A stretch of 64,000 nt of DNA, taken from positions 11,904,001-11,968,000 of the forward strand of contig OZ024746.1 of NCBI GenBank assembly GCA_964016885.1. The letters are read 5' to 3'. Within the stretch, counting starts at the first letter, position 1; every line of letters begins with the position of its first letter. The DNA is from Eledone cirrhosa (lineage: Eukaryota). Of the stretch, positions 1 to 11,672 are shown in pieces. A program made the translations under genes and the position numbers. The notes beneath the pieces are model-generated. The model was not told the origin of the DNA. It did not search any database and saw only the letters and a program-made list of their open reading frames with translations.

Positions 1-321
1 ATGACAAAAAGCACCCAGTCCACACTAACATGGTTGGTGTTAGGAAGGGCACCCAGCTGTAGAAACTAAGCGAAAATACAGATCCATATAAGCAAGATGT
101 GGTCTTCTGATCTGAATTGTCTCATAACATGACAACTTGTCTAACCCATGCAAGTGTGGAAAATAGACATTAAGCGATGAGGATGATGGTTGTGAATGTT
201 TCAAGTAGAATAGTTTATCCTCTTGTAGGCATTGCTTTATATTTCTGATATGAACCAATTTCAATGTAGTAACTCTTTTTAATTTATCCACATTGTGGTT
301 CATAACTCTCAACAAATTACT

Positions 322-372
<51 letters not shown>

Positions 373-392
373 ACTGTTAATTTTCATTTTAG

Positions 393-505
393 GTCAACAG
401 GAGGAGATGCTACATCGTAGTGCTACAGTAACTTCAAAGCACCAAACATTGGAAGATCTGTTTCGGCCGCCTATTGATCTCATATTTAAGGGAACATTTG
501 CCAGT
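393..505 (+). CDS. UBXN7: UBXN7 exon (QQEEMLHR..LEDLFRPPIDLIFKGTFAS)
   Basis: ttttag| acceptor, |gtaagt donor; an alternative AG exists at 399-400. Confidence 0.88.
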
Positions 506-1082
506 GTAAGTTAACTTTTACAATACTGGCTTATATAATGTTACAGGCACACAGTAAATTGCCTATACCACCAATGCCCAATTGGTTTTAGATTTATATC
601 CTGTAGTTGCAATGAATATTTGAATCCTCACCATTTTTATGTATGATTTTTCCATGGTGGTGTGTGTTGGATGAGAATTTTTGAGGCATTATTCAATGGC
701 TGGATGGCTTTTCTGACACCAACCAATGGTATTTTATCTGATGCTCTACCAATTCTGCCAATCCGCCCACCCTTAGTAATATTGAAAGACATAGAAAACT
801 TTATAATGATGATGATAATTTTTTTTCTGTTACATCAGGCCCGGGAAGAAGGAACCAACCAAAACAGATGGTTAATGGTTAACATACAAAATGTACAGGA
901 GTTTGCTTGCCAAACTCTCAATCGAGATGTCTGGAGTAACAGTGCTGTCCGAAATATTGTGAAGGAACATTTTATATTGTGGCAGGTGAATTATTTTGAA
1001 TGATATTTCTTATTTTCTGTTACTCCCTTCTTTATAAGTAGGGTGAGAGTATTTTCTCTTTTGTAATGTTTGTATATCCCAA

Positions 1083-1143
<61 letters not shown>

Positions 1144-4100
1144 ACAGATAGAGGTAACATGGCAGAAAACCTAGGAAGAATTAGTGAGGTTAGATCTTGG
1201 GATGCTTGACAACAGGATGTTATAATGGGAATAGCAATTCAGAAATAGGGGAAACAGCATGGTGAAGGAATTATTGGAATGGTCTAGTATAGAAATTGTA
1301 GGAAGATGATTGTTACTTAATAGTAGTTTAGAAAATAAAATCTTTTGATACCAACCCACCCAAAACTGGCTCTGGTTCAATTATACCAAAACCACTCATT
1401 TTAAAAGGTTCCTATTTACAAAATAAAATTTTTCAACATAATTTTATATACGAACCATATGTTAAGTTAATATCTTAGTAATGGAATAATTGATAGTGGG
1501 TTTTTATATATTAATTCAAAATATTGACTGGAATTTTGATGTTTTTGTTGTCTTTTCTTTCAAAAATAGGTATATCATGACAGTGAAGAAGGTCGTAAAT
1601 ATATGCAATTTTACAAAGTGAATACATGGCCTTATGTTGCCATTCTTGATCCACAAACAGGTGAGTGAGAGAGTTGGTAATATAGAAGTATTTTTCTGCC
1701 CTTCACTACTTCATGTACTTACACTACAATTTGTAGATGTTACTGTTACACCTCATCAGCATACATCATCATCATCATCATCATCATCACTACCATTGCT
1801 GCTGCCACCACTACCATCTTCTGTACATTTACAGTGAATATGAGTTGATATCTTATTAATACAGCCATTGTCTTGTGCTTTTGCCTCATTTTTATTTGAC
1901 TAACAAATCTAACGTGGTAGGCATCCATCTCTAATGAAACATATCTAACTTGCTAGTTGAGTGTCTAGTGGTAGGAGAGGCATCCATCTCTAATGAAACA
2001 TATCTAACTTGCTAGTCGAGTGTCTAGTGGTAGGAGAGGCATCCATCTCTAATGAAACATATCTAACTTGCTAGTCGAGTGTCTAGTGGTAGGCATCCAT
2101 CTCTAATGAAACATATCTAACTTGCTAGTCGAGTGTCTAGTGGTAGGAGAGGTATCCATTTCTAATGAAACATGTAACACAATGTCTTATATGATACTCT
2201 TTGACTAGTTTCAGTACTACCTTAAAGGGTTCGGTTGAATATATCAACCCCCAGTAATTATTTTATCTGTCTCTATTTGTCGAACTCTACTAAGTTACAG
2301 GACATAAACAAACAACACAAATCAAAACACAAGGGCACACACTTATGTATGCCCTCAGCAAGGTATTGGTCAACTTAAGGTTATAGTAGAAAATGCTTGC
2401 CAAAATGTCACCCAGTGAAACAACCCCAAACCACATGGTTATGAAGTGAACTTCTGAGGTACATGTAGTTCTTTCTTCATATGGTTGGGATTATAAAGTC
2501 ACAGTGACATTACTATCATCTTACTATTCTAATTGTTGGTCATTCAAGAGAGGCAGTGGTATTGGTTATATTGGTGTTGGTGTTGTTTGTGTTTGGTGTT
2601 GGTGTTGTTGGTGGTGTTGGTGATGTTTGTGTTGCTGGTATTGGTGTTTGTGTTGCTGGTGGTGTCAGTGTTATTGGTGTGGTTTGTGTTGTTGGTGGTG
2701 TTGGTGTTGCTGGTGGTGTCAGTGTTATTGGTGGTGTTGGTGGTGTTTGTGTTGCTGGTGGTGTCAGTGTTATTGGTGGTGTTGGTGGTGTTTGTGTTGC
2801 TGGTATTGGTGTTTGTGTTGCTGGTGGTGTCAGTGTTATTGGTGGTGTTGGTGGTGTTTGTGTTGCTGGTATTGGTGTTTGTGTTGCTGGTGGTGTCAGT
2901 GTTATTGGTGGTGTTGGTGGTGTTTGTGTTGCTGGTGGTGTCAGTGTTATTGGTGGTGTTGGTGGTGTTTGTGTTGCTGGTGGTGTCAGTGTTATTGGTG
3001 TTGTTGGTGGTGTCTGTGTTGCTGGTATTGGTGTTTGTGTTGCTGGTGGTGTCAGTGTTATTGGTGGTGTTGGTGGTGTTTGTGTTGCTGGTATTGGTGT
3101 TTGTGTTGCTGGTGGTGTCAGTGTTATTGGTGTGGTTTGTGTTGCTGGTATTGGTGTTTGTGTTGCTGGTGGTGTCAGTGTTATTGGTGGTGTTGGTGGT
3201 GTTTGTGTTGCTGGTGGTGTCAGTGTTATTGGTGGTGTTGGTGGTGTTTGTGTTGCTGGTATTGGTGTTTGTGTTGCTGGTGGTGTCAGTGTTATTGGTG
3301 GTGTTGGTGGTGTTTGTGTTGCTGGTATTGGTGTTTGTGTTGCTGGTGGTGTCAGTGTTATTGGTGGTGTTGGTGGTGTTTGTGTTGCTGGTATTGGTGT
3401 TTGTGTTGCTGGTGGTGTCAGTGTTATTGGTGTTGGTGGTGTTGCTGGTATTGGTGTTTGTGTTGTTGGTGGTGTTGGTGATATTGGTGTTTGTGTTGCT
3501 GGTGGTGTCAGTGTTATTGGTGTGGTTCGTGTTGCTGGTGGTGTTGTTGGTATTGGTGTTTGTGTTGTTGATGTTGCTGGTGGTGTTGATGTTGGACGTC
3601 ATATTGTTCTTGTTAATTATATTATTGTTTTGTCTCAGTTCAAACCTCGTTGAGTACATCCATACATGCTATGCAGTATAGTAACTGCTACATAAACACA
3701 CACATTTATACACACACACTCACATACATATCGGGATTTTAGTTTTTCAAATTGTTAACTGGACCTTGATCTTATTTAAAGGCTGAGAAGTGAGTTTTGG
3801 ATAAGAATAGAGTGTAATTTATAAATTTCTGAAATTTTCCCAAGTTTCCCTAAGACTGAATTTAAAGATTATATCCTGAAATTAGTGATCATGTTTTACA
3901 ATTTCACTTACATACGATCTCATGCACTACCAAGTGCATTTTATTGTGGCACCAGTACTAGGGAGGTGGTCATGTCATTGACACAGTTGAAGAATCCCCC
4001 TGACCCTTTGTTTGGCAGGTTTTTTATGATTGGATGCCCTTCCTATCATCAACCACTTTTCAGAATATATTGGGTGGGTGTGTTTATCATTTAGATCACC

Positions 4101-7100
4101 AACACTAGAGAAGTTGTAGTGTCTTTGACACAACTGAAGAGTTCTTTGTTTGGCTTGTTTTCTATAGTTGGATGCCCTTCCTATCATCAATTAAATCTAC
4201 TCTGATACTGTATATTATCCAATATAGTTGCTTTGGTGATTCTGTAACTGAAGACAAGTGTGGAAGAGTTGTAATGTACTGTTGTTGTTGTTGATGATGA
4301 TGATACTCATTATGTTTGTTCATTTGCTTATTTTCCGGCTGCTTTGATGGAAAAATGGGGAGTTTTCAATATTACGTCCTAAAAGCTATTAAAATGTTTC
4401 TCATGATTTCTATGAATGTGTTTATTTTTTCATTGCTTATCTAGAATGTCTGTTTAACCTTTTCAAGTCCAGAGCTGCCTTAACAATTTGAAATATCACA
4501 ATGTGACCAAAAGCTGTACCAGTGAAAGGTATGTGAATAGCTATGATATAATGAGATCCAAATTGTATTTCCTCCTTGTCACTCCAGTTTGTCTTGTTGA
4601 AGACATAGGGAAAAAACTGCATAAAAGCAGTGCATATATATTACACATGCCACCAGCAGATATGGACTTGAAAGGGTTAACAGTGTGAAATTGTTATTAT
4701 CTTTGCTAATAGATTATTTTCTTATTTTGTCAAACCATAACATGATATTATGTCTCTCCATAGGTGAAAAGTTAGTTGAATGGAACAAGTTGGATCATAG
4801 CAAATTCTGTGAATATGGTAAGAATAAAAGTATATACATATGTATATTTTTTTCTATAAGCAGTCAACTTCAGCATTAGTTATGTTATTTTAGAGATATT
4901 GAAGGAAAGCGATATAGTGAGTGTAAGAATGAAAAGAAAATAACCAGAAACTATCAGTCTATATAAAGACTTATAAATACTTATTTGGTAGAATGGTGTA
5001 TAAGTGATTGGGTTGTAAAATATTTCAGATATTCAATTATATATACTGTTTCAAAAATAGTGTTAATATAATTGTATGTGTGTTTTAAATGTTCATTTTC
5101 ATTGGAAAAGTACTAAGGAGCTTGTTTCTGAACCAAGTTTGACCACTACACAGCATCTTGCACAAGTCTCTCCAACTGTAATCTTAGGTTAATACCTTAT
5201 GAATAGAATTTAGTAGATGTAGACTGTATATCACTGAGACTCAGAGGCGATGACAAACGATCCCGATGTGTGTAGAGATGCTGTGCTGAGAAGGACCCAT
5301 CCAACCCATGCAAGCGTGGAAAAGCGGATGTACAAACAACGATGATATATATATGTCATCCACCATTTTACATTCGCATTCTATGTTACAATATATATTA
5401 TATATGGGTGTCTCTTGTTGCTGTATGGTGGTAAAGGCTGTAAACATTGACATGAAAAACTGTGGTGGTGTGCTTTTTGTACAAAGTCCCATTAGATATT
5501 TTGTTCTGCACCAACTTAACAGACACTCACTGTAAGAAATATTGTGAACTAGTGAATGGTCTGTTGTAAACATGTAACCAACTGTGTTATTGTTTAGTTT
5601 CAATATAAAAATAGAAGTTAAGATATACTGCATATATTCTGCTCTTTTTCTGGACAGAAAACTTCATTTTACATTAACTCATTTCACCAATTTGTCTAAA
5701 TATGTATTACCAGATTATCTGGCAATGTTGACTCTGATAGACAAGTATCTTGAAGGAAATTTATGAATGAATGTTATTAGTGAATTTAAAATTATACCAA
5801 AAGAGAAAATATAGGGAGATTTTATTTCATTTGATTTATTTGGTACAAATAAAGTGTAATTAAATAGTTTGAAATGTTCTTGATAGTTCTTAGCAACTGA
5901 TCTCTATATGAAGAATACTTGTTTCTACTTGTGTAATAGATAGTACATTACAATATATTCACCCAAAGTATAATACAGTCAATAATATTTCTTTCTTTAC
6001 AAAGCTATCATAGGAAAGGGATATAAATTCCAAATTCTATTTGTAATTCACTATTTACTAATCTTGCATTCAGTTATTTATCATGCTTTGTCTGTTCTCT
6101 AAGTTTGAAATTTAAAAATTATGGTGTTGTAGTTGGTACTTTTTAGCCTTATATGATGCAATATAAACTCATGAGTATTGGTGCCATAATAAAATTCACA
6201 CAGTATGCCCTATAAAGTAGTTGGTGTTAGGAAAGCTTGCCCTGTCTAGCAGAGTAGTAACTCCAAATAAGAATCGACTTGGAAATCAGCCGTAAAATGG
6301 TAACTTTCTCACTTTGACAATGAATGGCAAACTTAATTGCAATTTGATTGAATGTTGAAGCAGGAACCCAGCAAGATAATATCAAGCCTCCACACTATTG
6401 CATCTGTATTCATGCTGTCATCAACAAAGGAGATCTACAATTAGATTTTTTGAATTATTCTGTTGTGGTGGTCATTTCATTCTAGTTAATTTTAAATTGT
6501 TGCAATAATTGTAGTATAAAACTACTGTGACTAAAGATATTCTTTTGTTTCATAGCGGCTGAATTTTTGTCCCTCCACCCATCCTTAGATGGCAGTATCA
6601 GCCCCCCTCGTAAGAGTTCAAAACAGGTAAGTTTAGAATGCTACTTTATAATAATAATAATAATAATCTTTCTGATTTAGACACAAGGCCAGTAATTTGG
6701 GGGAGGGGAAAATCGATTAAATCGACTCCAGTGCATTACTTGTACTTTATTTTATTGACCCTGTAAGTATGGAAGGCAAAGCCAACCTCAGTGGTATTTG
6801 AACTCAGAACGTAAAGGGCCATAACTATATACTGAAAAGTATTTTGTCCAAAGCTCTACTGATACTGCCAATCCACCACCCTAATAATAATAAGATCCAG
6901 CTAGACTACCATGTAAACTAAATCCTCCTATAGACAATGTAGCTAGGAGTTTCTTTGTGTATTTATAGCTTGTGAGATAATAATTGCATCTGTTTTCTTA
7001 GCATACATACACTTACTATGAAATAAATAAATAGTTAATTGTTTTATTTACAATACTGACATATAGACATATCAACAAATTTTAAAATGAAGTTCTTAAA

Positions 7101-10100
7101 CTTGCTCCAGTGTAATTACCTCAAAAAATATAACCGAAAAAAGATCCTGGATTTGTAATTCATGTTCGCATTAAATTTCACACTGCATATGTAGATAATG
7201 ACATTTGTCTATGATCTGCATAAACCACATATCCTACAGCCTAGCAGTTTGATGTACAAATATATCAGTTCCTTAATTTTAAATAAGAGTTGGTGTCAGG
7301 AAGGGCAATAGTATATTGTCTTAAGAAAAAGCCTTGTCCAACCCAGGAGAAGTGGAATGTAACACCTGATGATATACACACATAATCAAATTCAGGATTT
7401 AGTATTAAAAATACTGTAAATTAATACCCTACTAAGATAATGACAGTATATATATGTCTGTATCAAATATAGTCACTGGAATTTTAGAAGACAATGATCT
7501 TCTATATTGGTAATAAACAACCAGTTAGATAAAAACAAAACATTGAGTGAAAAAATATGAAAGTCTAACCAAGAAATGTCCAATATTTGTAGCTTGGATT
7601 GCCTGTCCTGTAACTACAAATACTTTCCATAACTAAATGACTTCAATAGTAAAAAGAGTTTCCAACTGTAAAAGAAAAGTTTAATAAAATCTATCACACT
7701 CAACATAGACCACTAAATTATTGATGGGTTTAGATCAACATATATTGTTCTGTTCACTTTGACTTTCATGAATTCATCCACATTTTACCCTAAAAATTCC
7801 CCCAACTTTGCTATAGGAAATCACAGAATTCAATCATTCTAACTTCAACAGACCTTTTCATTACCTTTTTTACATAGATATCTTACTAGTAGGGGAGATA
7901 ACCTAGTCACTGATTATAGTTGCGGTTTAAATATGGCACCCCAACAAATAAAATTTATGTGGATTAATCAACATTAGAAATTCTATTGTCTTAAATATAA
8001 CGATGTAGATTATAGCTAACTGATCGAATAAAAATGCTGAGTAATTTGTTAGCAGCTGATCTAATTTCATTTGTGTTTAACAATTTAATTGCAACATTTT
8101 TTTCTGTTATTGCAACTAGGAAATGAGTATTGTGGATGCAAGTGAAGATGCTCAACTACAAGCAGCAATCAGAGCATCTCTTGAACAAGACGCACGTTCT
8201 TCTGGATCTGATGGTTCTGAATCGGAGTATGATATTGACTTGGAAACATTTACTGGCTCAGAAGATGAAAGTGTACCCTCTCCAGTAAAACGGATTAAAA
8301 CCTCAGAAAAAAAGCCACATGGCAGTTCAAACTTACTTTCTAAATTAGAAAAAATGTCAGAATCTAAAAACAAATCCAAGCGCATGTCATATACTCAATC
8401 TTCAAGCTCTAGTGCAACAATTTATAAGAGTTTAACTTCATTGAAATCTTCCATATTCCCATCTTCACAAACCACTGAATTACCATGTTCAAGTAAACAG
8501 TCTACAGCTACTACAGTTCCAGTTAAAGAAGATATCAAACCCAGTTGGAAGACGTATCTTGGTTCTAAAGATGGTAATATAAAGTTTTATTTCATTTGTT
8601 TCAGTTAAAACATGAAAATGTTTATCTAGCCAGGTCAAATATATCAGCTTAATTCAGCTAAGTAATGTATTCCAACCAGAAAATGTGTGCCTTTTGGTTG
8701 GAATTAGTTACTCTATCTACATTTGTCTAACTCAATTTCACTCCTAATGTCTCCTTACATTGCTTGGGCTTTAAAGAGCTTTCGTTTTATAGTATAGGAA
8801 TACTAATTTATTGCAAACAACATTCTGTTCTTGACTTCTAGGTGAATTGAAACAAAATTAAGCATACTCCATTAATAAATACACATAAATTACAGTGAAA
8901 CAACTCCAGTGGAATTAAACTCAATGTATAATATATTCACTTGGTTAATTGTCTTATTCAGCTAGCATAGAACATTGTCATTTCGAAGAATTTTCTTTCT
9001 TTAAACTTATAGCCTTATGTAGGTTAAAAGTATTGCAATGGATAAGGAGCGTGTTCAATTCAAAGGCAATATGTCCATGGAATAATTCCTACTTTCCGTG
9101 GATCAACTTTTTCATAGCTAAGCAGCCTAAAAAATAATGAGCTAAAAGTAGCCTACAATATTTTTAGTGTAGGTATCAAAATAAAGGAATTTGTAAAATT
9201 AAATAATCTTTCTGTATAACTATATTTGGCTTGATAAGAATTGTAGTAGTTAAAGAAGATATGTCCTGTTTCATGAATAATATTAACTTGTAAGAAAGAT
9301 ACAGTATGAATTGAAGAAGTGGCTGGGCTTAGAGACAGTTAATGGACAAAATGTAAATGGTTGTATTGAGGAAATGTGTGGAATTCTGTGCATTGTTCAG
9401 AAATATCTAGTAGATGTAGACAAAAGGATAATTTTATAATTCAAGGGTGTAGTATGTTGTATTACACAGAAATATGGAGAGATGCTGATCTTAGAACTAT
9501 CCAACTTGTATCAACTTGTTTTAAATATATGTTACTTTATTATGTTTTAATAGAAAGTTTCCGTTTTCTTTTAGATCCTGTCACAAATTTGATGATTAGA
9601 TTTCCAGATGGCAATAAACAACAATTATCACTTCCTTGCACATCACCAATGTTGGTAAGTGAATCCTTTAAATCCTAATCTCTTATTGGTGTATTTTGTT
9701 TGAATGAACATAATATACAAGCCTTATAAATAGTAATTTGTTTTTTGTTCTTAATATATCTAATCTTGTGGGGATCGTTGCCCCAATAGGCTGTTGTATT
9801 CTATATAGAATGAATGTACTTGTACACTTAGCTTTTATCTGCCTCTTGAAGATTACAAGGAAAAGGCCTATTTCTTGGTAAATCATATATTTTAAATAGT
9901 ACCTCTTTAGGATACTGCTGGATATATTTTTGAAGCCCCTTCCAAACTGGTCTTGTACCTTCATGTATTATTTTATGTCCTCCGTCTATCTTCCCCCTCT
10001 GTCCCAATACTGGATTTCACAGAGTGGTTCTTTCTGTTCACTTATTGTCCTTTTGTTTTACCTAAATATTCTATCTGTCTCCTCTTCATGGCATAATTAC

Positions 10101-10619
10101 ATTCTTTGGTTTATCTTATATTACTGCCAGCAGATTACATTGGTTGAACACTTTTATTTTCTCATAAGGGTCATTTTTGTTGCAAAATATATTCCAGTAC
10201 TTTCTGAGACAATTCCATACTGCCATTATTCTTCTTCCCTATTACTATCTTCTATCTCCCTTGTGTATGTTTAACACTTTGTTTTTATTTGGTTTAGTTG
10301 CCTAACTGCATTTCTGGTGATTTTTTTTTTTTTTTTTTTTTTTGTGTCATCTGCAAACACAAAATATTGTTATAACTTGTAATAAATTTTGTAGGGAAGT
10401 GATTTCTTTCAGTTTTATGAAGATGTTTATTTATATTTCTTTATTTATATTTTTGTACAGGCTCTTGAAGAATACATACGAGAAAAAGGATATTCAAGTG
10501 AAAAGTATGAACTGATTACTAATTTTCCTCGCAGGAAATTATCAACTTTAGACAAAAATCTTTCTCTAAAAGATGCTGGTCTTTTCCCTCAAGATACTGT
10601 TTTTGTCCAAGAGAGATGA
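393..10619 (+). CDS. UBXN7: UBX domain-containing protein 7 (p97/VCP adaptor), 3' part; 8 coding exons, 5' exons lie upstream of the window
   Basis: join(393..505,839..985,1570..1660,4764..4817,6556..6626,8120..8573,9575..9654,10461..10619). All introns are GT-AG with consistent phases. The translation contains LEDLFRPPIDL, the UAS domain (WLMVNIQNVQEFACQTLNRDVWSN..VYHDSEEG), a UIM (SEDAQLQAAIRASL) and the UBX domain (LMIRFPDG..LITNFPRRKL..DAGLFPQDTVFVQER*), matching UBXN7 as I recall it. Confidence 0.95.
839..985 (+). CDS. UBXN7: UBXN7 exon, UAS domain (AREEG..HFILWQ)
   Basis: catcag| ... |gtgaat; 147 nt, phase 0-0. Confidence 0.95.
1570..1660 (+). CDS. UBXN7: UBXN7 exon (VYHDSEEGRKYMQFYKVNTWPYVAILDPQT)
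   Basis: aatag| ... |gtgagt; 91 nt. Confidence 0.95.
1914..2173. repeat. 59/54-bp minisatellite, about 4.5 copies
   Basis: Unit GTGGTAGGAGAGGCATCCATCTCTAATGAAACATATCTAACTTGCTAGTCGAGTGTCTA. Confidence 0.9.
2557..3600. repeat. GGT/GTT-based complex minisatellite
   Basis: Shuffled modules GGTATTGGTGTTTGTGTTGCT, GGTGGTGTCAGTGTTATT, GGTGGTGTT. Confidence 0.95.
4458..4676. mobile_element. piggyBac-type MITE
   Basis: TTAA TSD on both sides; TIRs CCTTTTCAAGTCC / GGACTTGAAAGGG. Confidence 0.75.
4764..4817 (+). CDS. UBXN7: UBXN7 exon (GEKLVEWNKLDHSKFCEY)
   Basis: ccatag| ... |gtaaga; 54 nt, phase 1-1. Confidence 0.92.
6556..6626 (+). CDS. UBXN7: UBXN7 exon (AAEFLSLHPSLDGSISPPRKSSKQ)
   Basis: tcatag| ... 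|gtaagt; 71 nt, phase 1-0. Confidence 0.9.
8120..8573 (+). CDS. UBXN7: UBXN7 exon, UIM plus acidic and Ser/Thr/Lys-rich linker
   Basis: aactag| ... |gtaata; 454 nt; within ORF 8123..8608. Confidence 0.92.
9575..9654 (+). CDS. UBXN7: UBXN7 exon, UBX N-part (DPVTNLMIRFPDGNKQQLSLPCTSPML)
   Basis: ttttag| ... |gtaagt; 80 nt. Confidence 0.93.
10461..10619 (+). CDS. UBXN7: UBXN7 last coding exon, UBX C-part with FPR loop
   Basis: gtacag| ALEEYIREKG..TNFPRRK..VFVQER, TGA at 10617-10619. Confidence 0.95.
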   Translation, partial: ALEEYIREKGYSSEKYELITNFPRRKLSTLDKNLSLKDAGLFPQDTVFVQER

Positions 10620-11139
10620 TCTTTAACATATCATTTTAAACAAAACACATAACTGCCTTGAGAATGTCATAGCAACCACATCCATGAGCGGCTTCAGTTG
10701 AACACCTTTAGTAGAAACAAGGCATACTTGGGACAAGTTAAGGAAATATAAAGACAACAGCATTTCATTATATATATATAAAGAGAAATGAATATTTTTG
10801 AATCCATTTCCTCTGTTTTTCAAAGAAATCTCGTCATTTATATTGATTTGGAGTTCATTCCAACTCTCAAACTTCATGACCAGATTTAAAAAAAAAAACT
10901 GAATGGTGAAACCATTCTACAAGTTGTCTTAAAAAACTTAACCTGTGTTGTCCAGCCAAGTTCTACTTAAAAGAAACTATCTTTTTATGATCCTGTTGTA
11001 ACAGGATCATATAATAATAGAGTTGGGTGTTCAGTCAGTAATTTATTATTTATTGGCCACAATGAAAGATTACGTAAAGCTAAAATGGAGAGAAGTGAGG
11101 TTTAAAGAACCAAACAACAAAAACCAAAGCAGAAAAGAG

Positions 11140-11145
11140 AATAAA
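11140..11145 (+). terminator. candidate UBXN7 poly(A) signal AATAAA
   Basis: First canonical AATAAA I found downstream of the UBXN7 stop; further ones lie at about 11427 and 11460. Confidence 0.5.
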
Positions 11146-11158
11146 AAACGAGTGTAAA

Positions 11159-11164
11159 TTTATT
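11159..11164 (-). terminator. candidate ZNF277 poly(A) signal AATAAA
   Basis: TTTATT on +; first canonical signal I found downstream of the ZNF277 stop; further ones lie at 11042-11054. Confidence 0.5.
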
Positions 11165-11515
11165 GCTGCATCAATTAATATTTCTTGGAACAAACATTGC
11201 CACAGTCAATGATTTAGCCGACTGAAGCCTTCACCCCTAGACAGCATTCGGTGCTAATGTAGCAGAATATAAGAAATGAAGCTCATGGACTTCATCTGCT
11301 GCCTTAGGTACAATATACACTGCCTTTCTCTGGTCCTCGGTTGTTGACCATTAACAACTGCAGCAGTATTTTCTATGTCAGAAATATTTCCTCAGTTCAA
11401 AAGCAATTTTTCAAACCAATATTATAAATAAAGGTGAGGTGCTGAGTTGGATTGTGACAAATAAAAACCAAATTTTTAAAAAGTATTTGTTTCATTATTT
11501 GTAAATGTGTGTCTG

Positions 11516-11672
11516 TCACTCAATGGAGGTGATTTCCTTTAGTACACATTCTGGCAAGAGGTTTTCTGGTATGAAATCACAGTCTTCCAACAATAAGTTG
11601 TTACCCTCAGGCAGAATGTTGTCCATTAACTGACAGAGCAAATTGTCATTTTCATAAGTTGGAAAGTAATAC
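11516..11672 (-). CDS. ZNF277: ZNF277 last coding exon (YYFPTYENDNLLCQL..ITSIE*)
   Basis: tcacag| ... TGA at 11518-11516. Confidence 0.93.

Noticed and set aside
2533-3681. Four overlapping 284-382 aa ORFs (Val/Leu, Thr/Asn, Gly/Val, Cys/Trp rich)
   Set aside because: By-products of a triplet-based minisatellite inside a UBXN7 intron; open in many frames on both strands.
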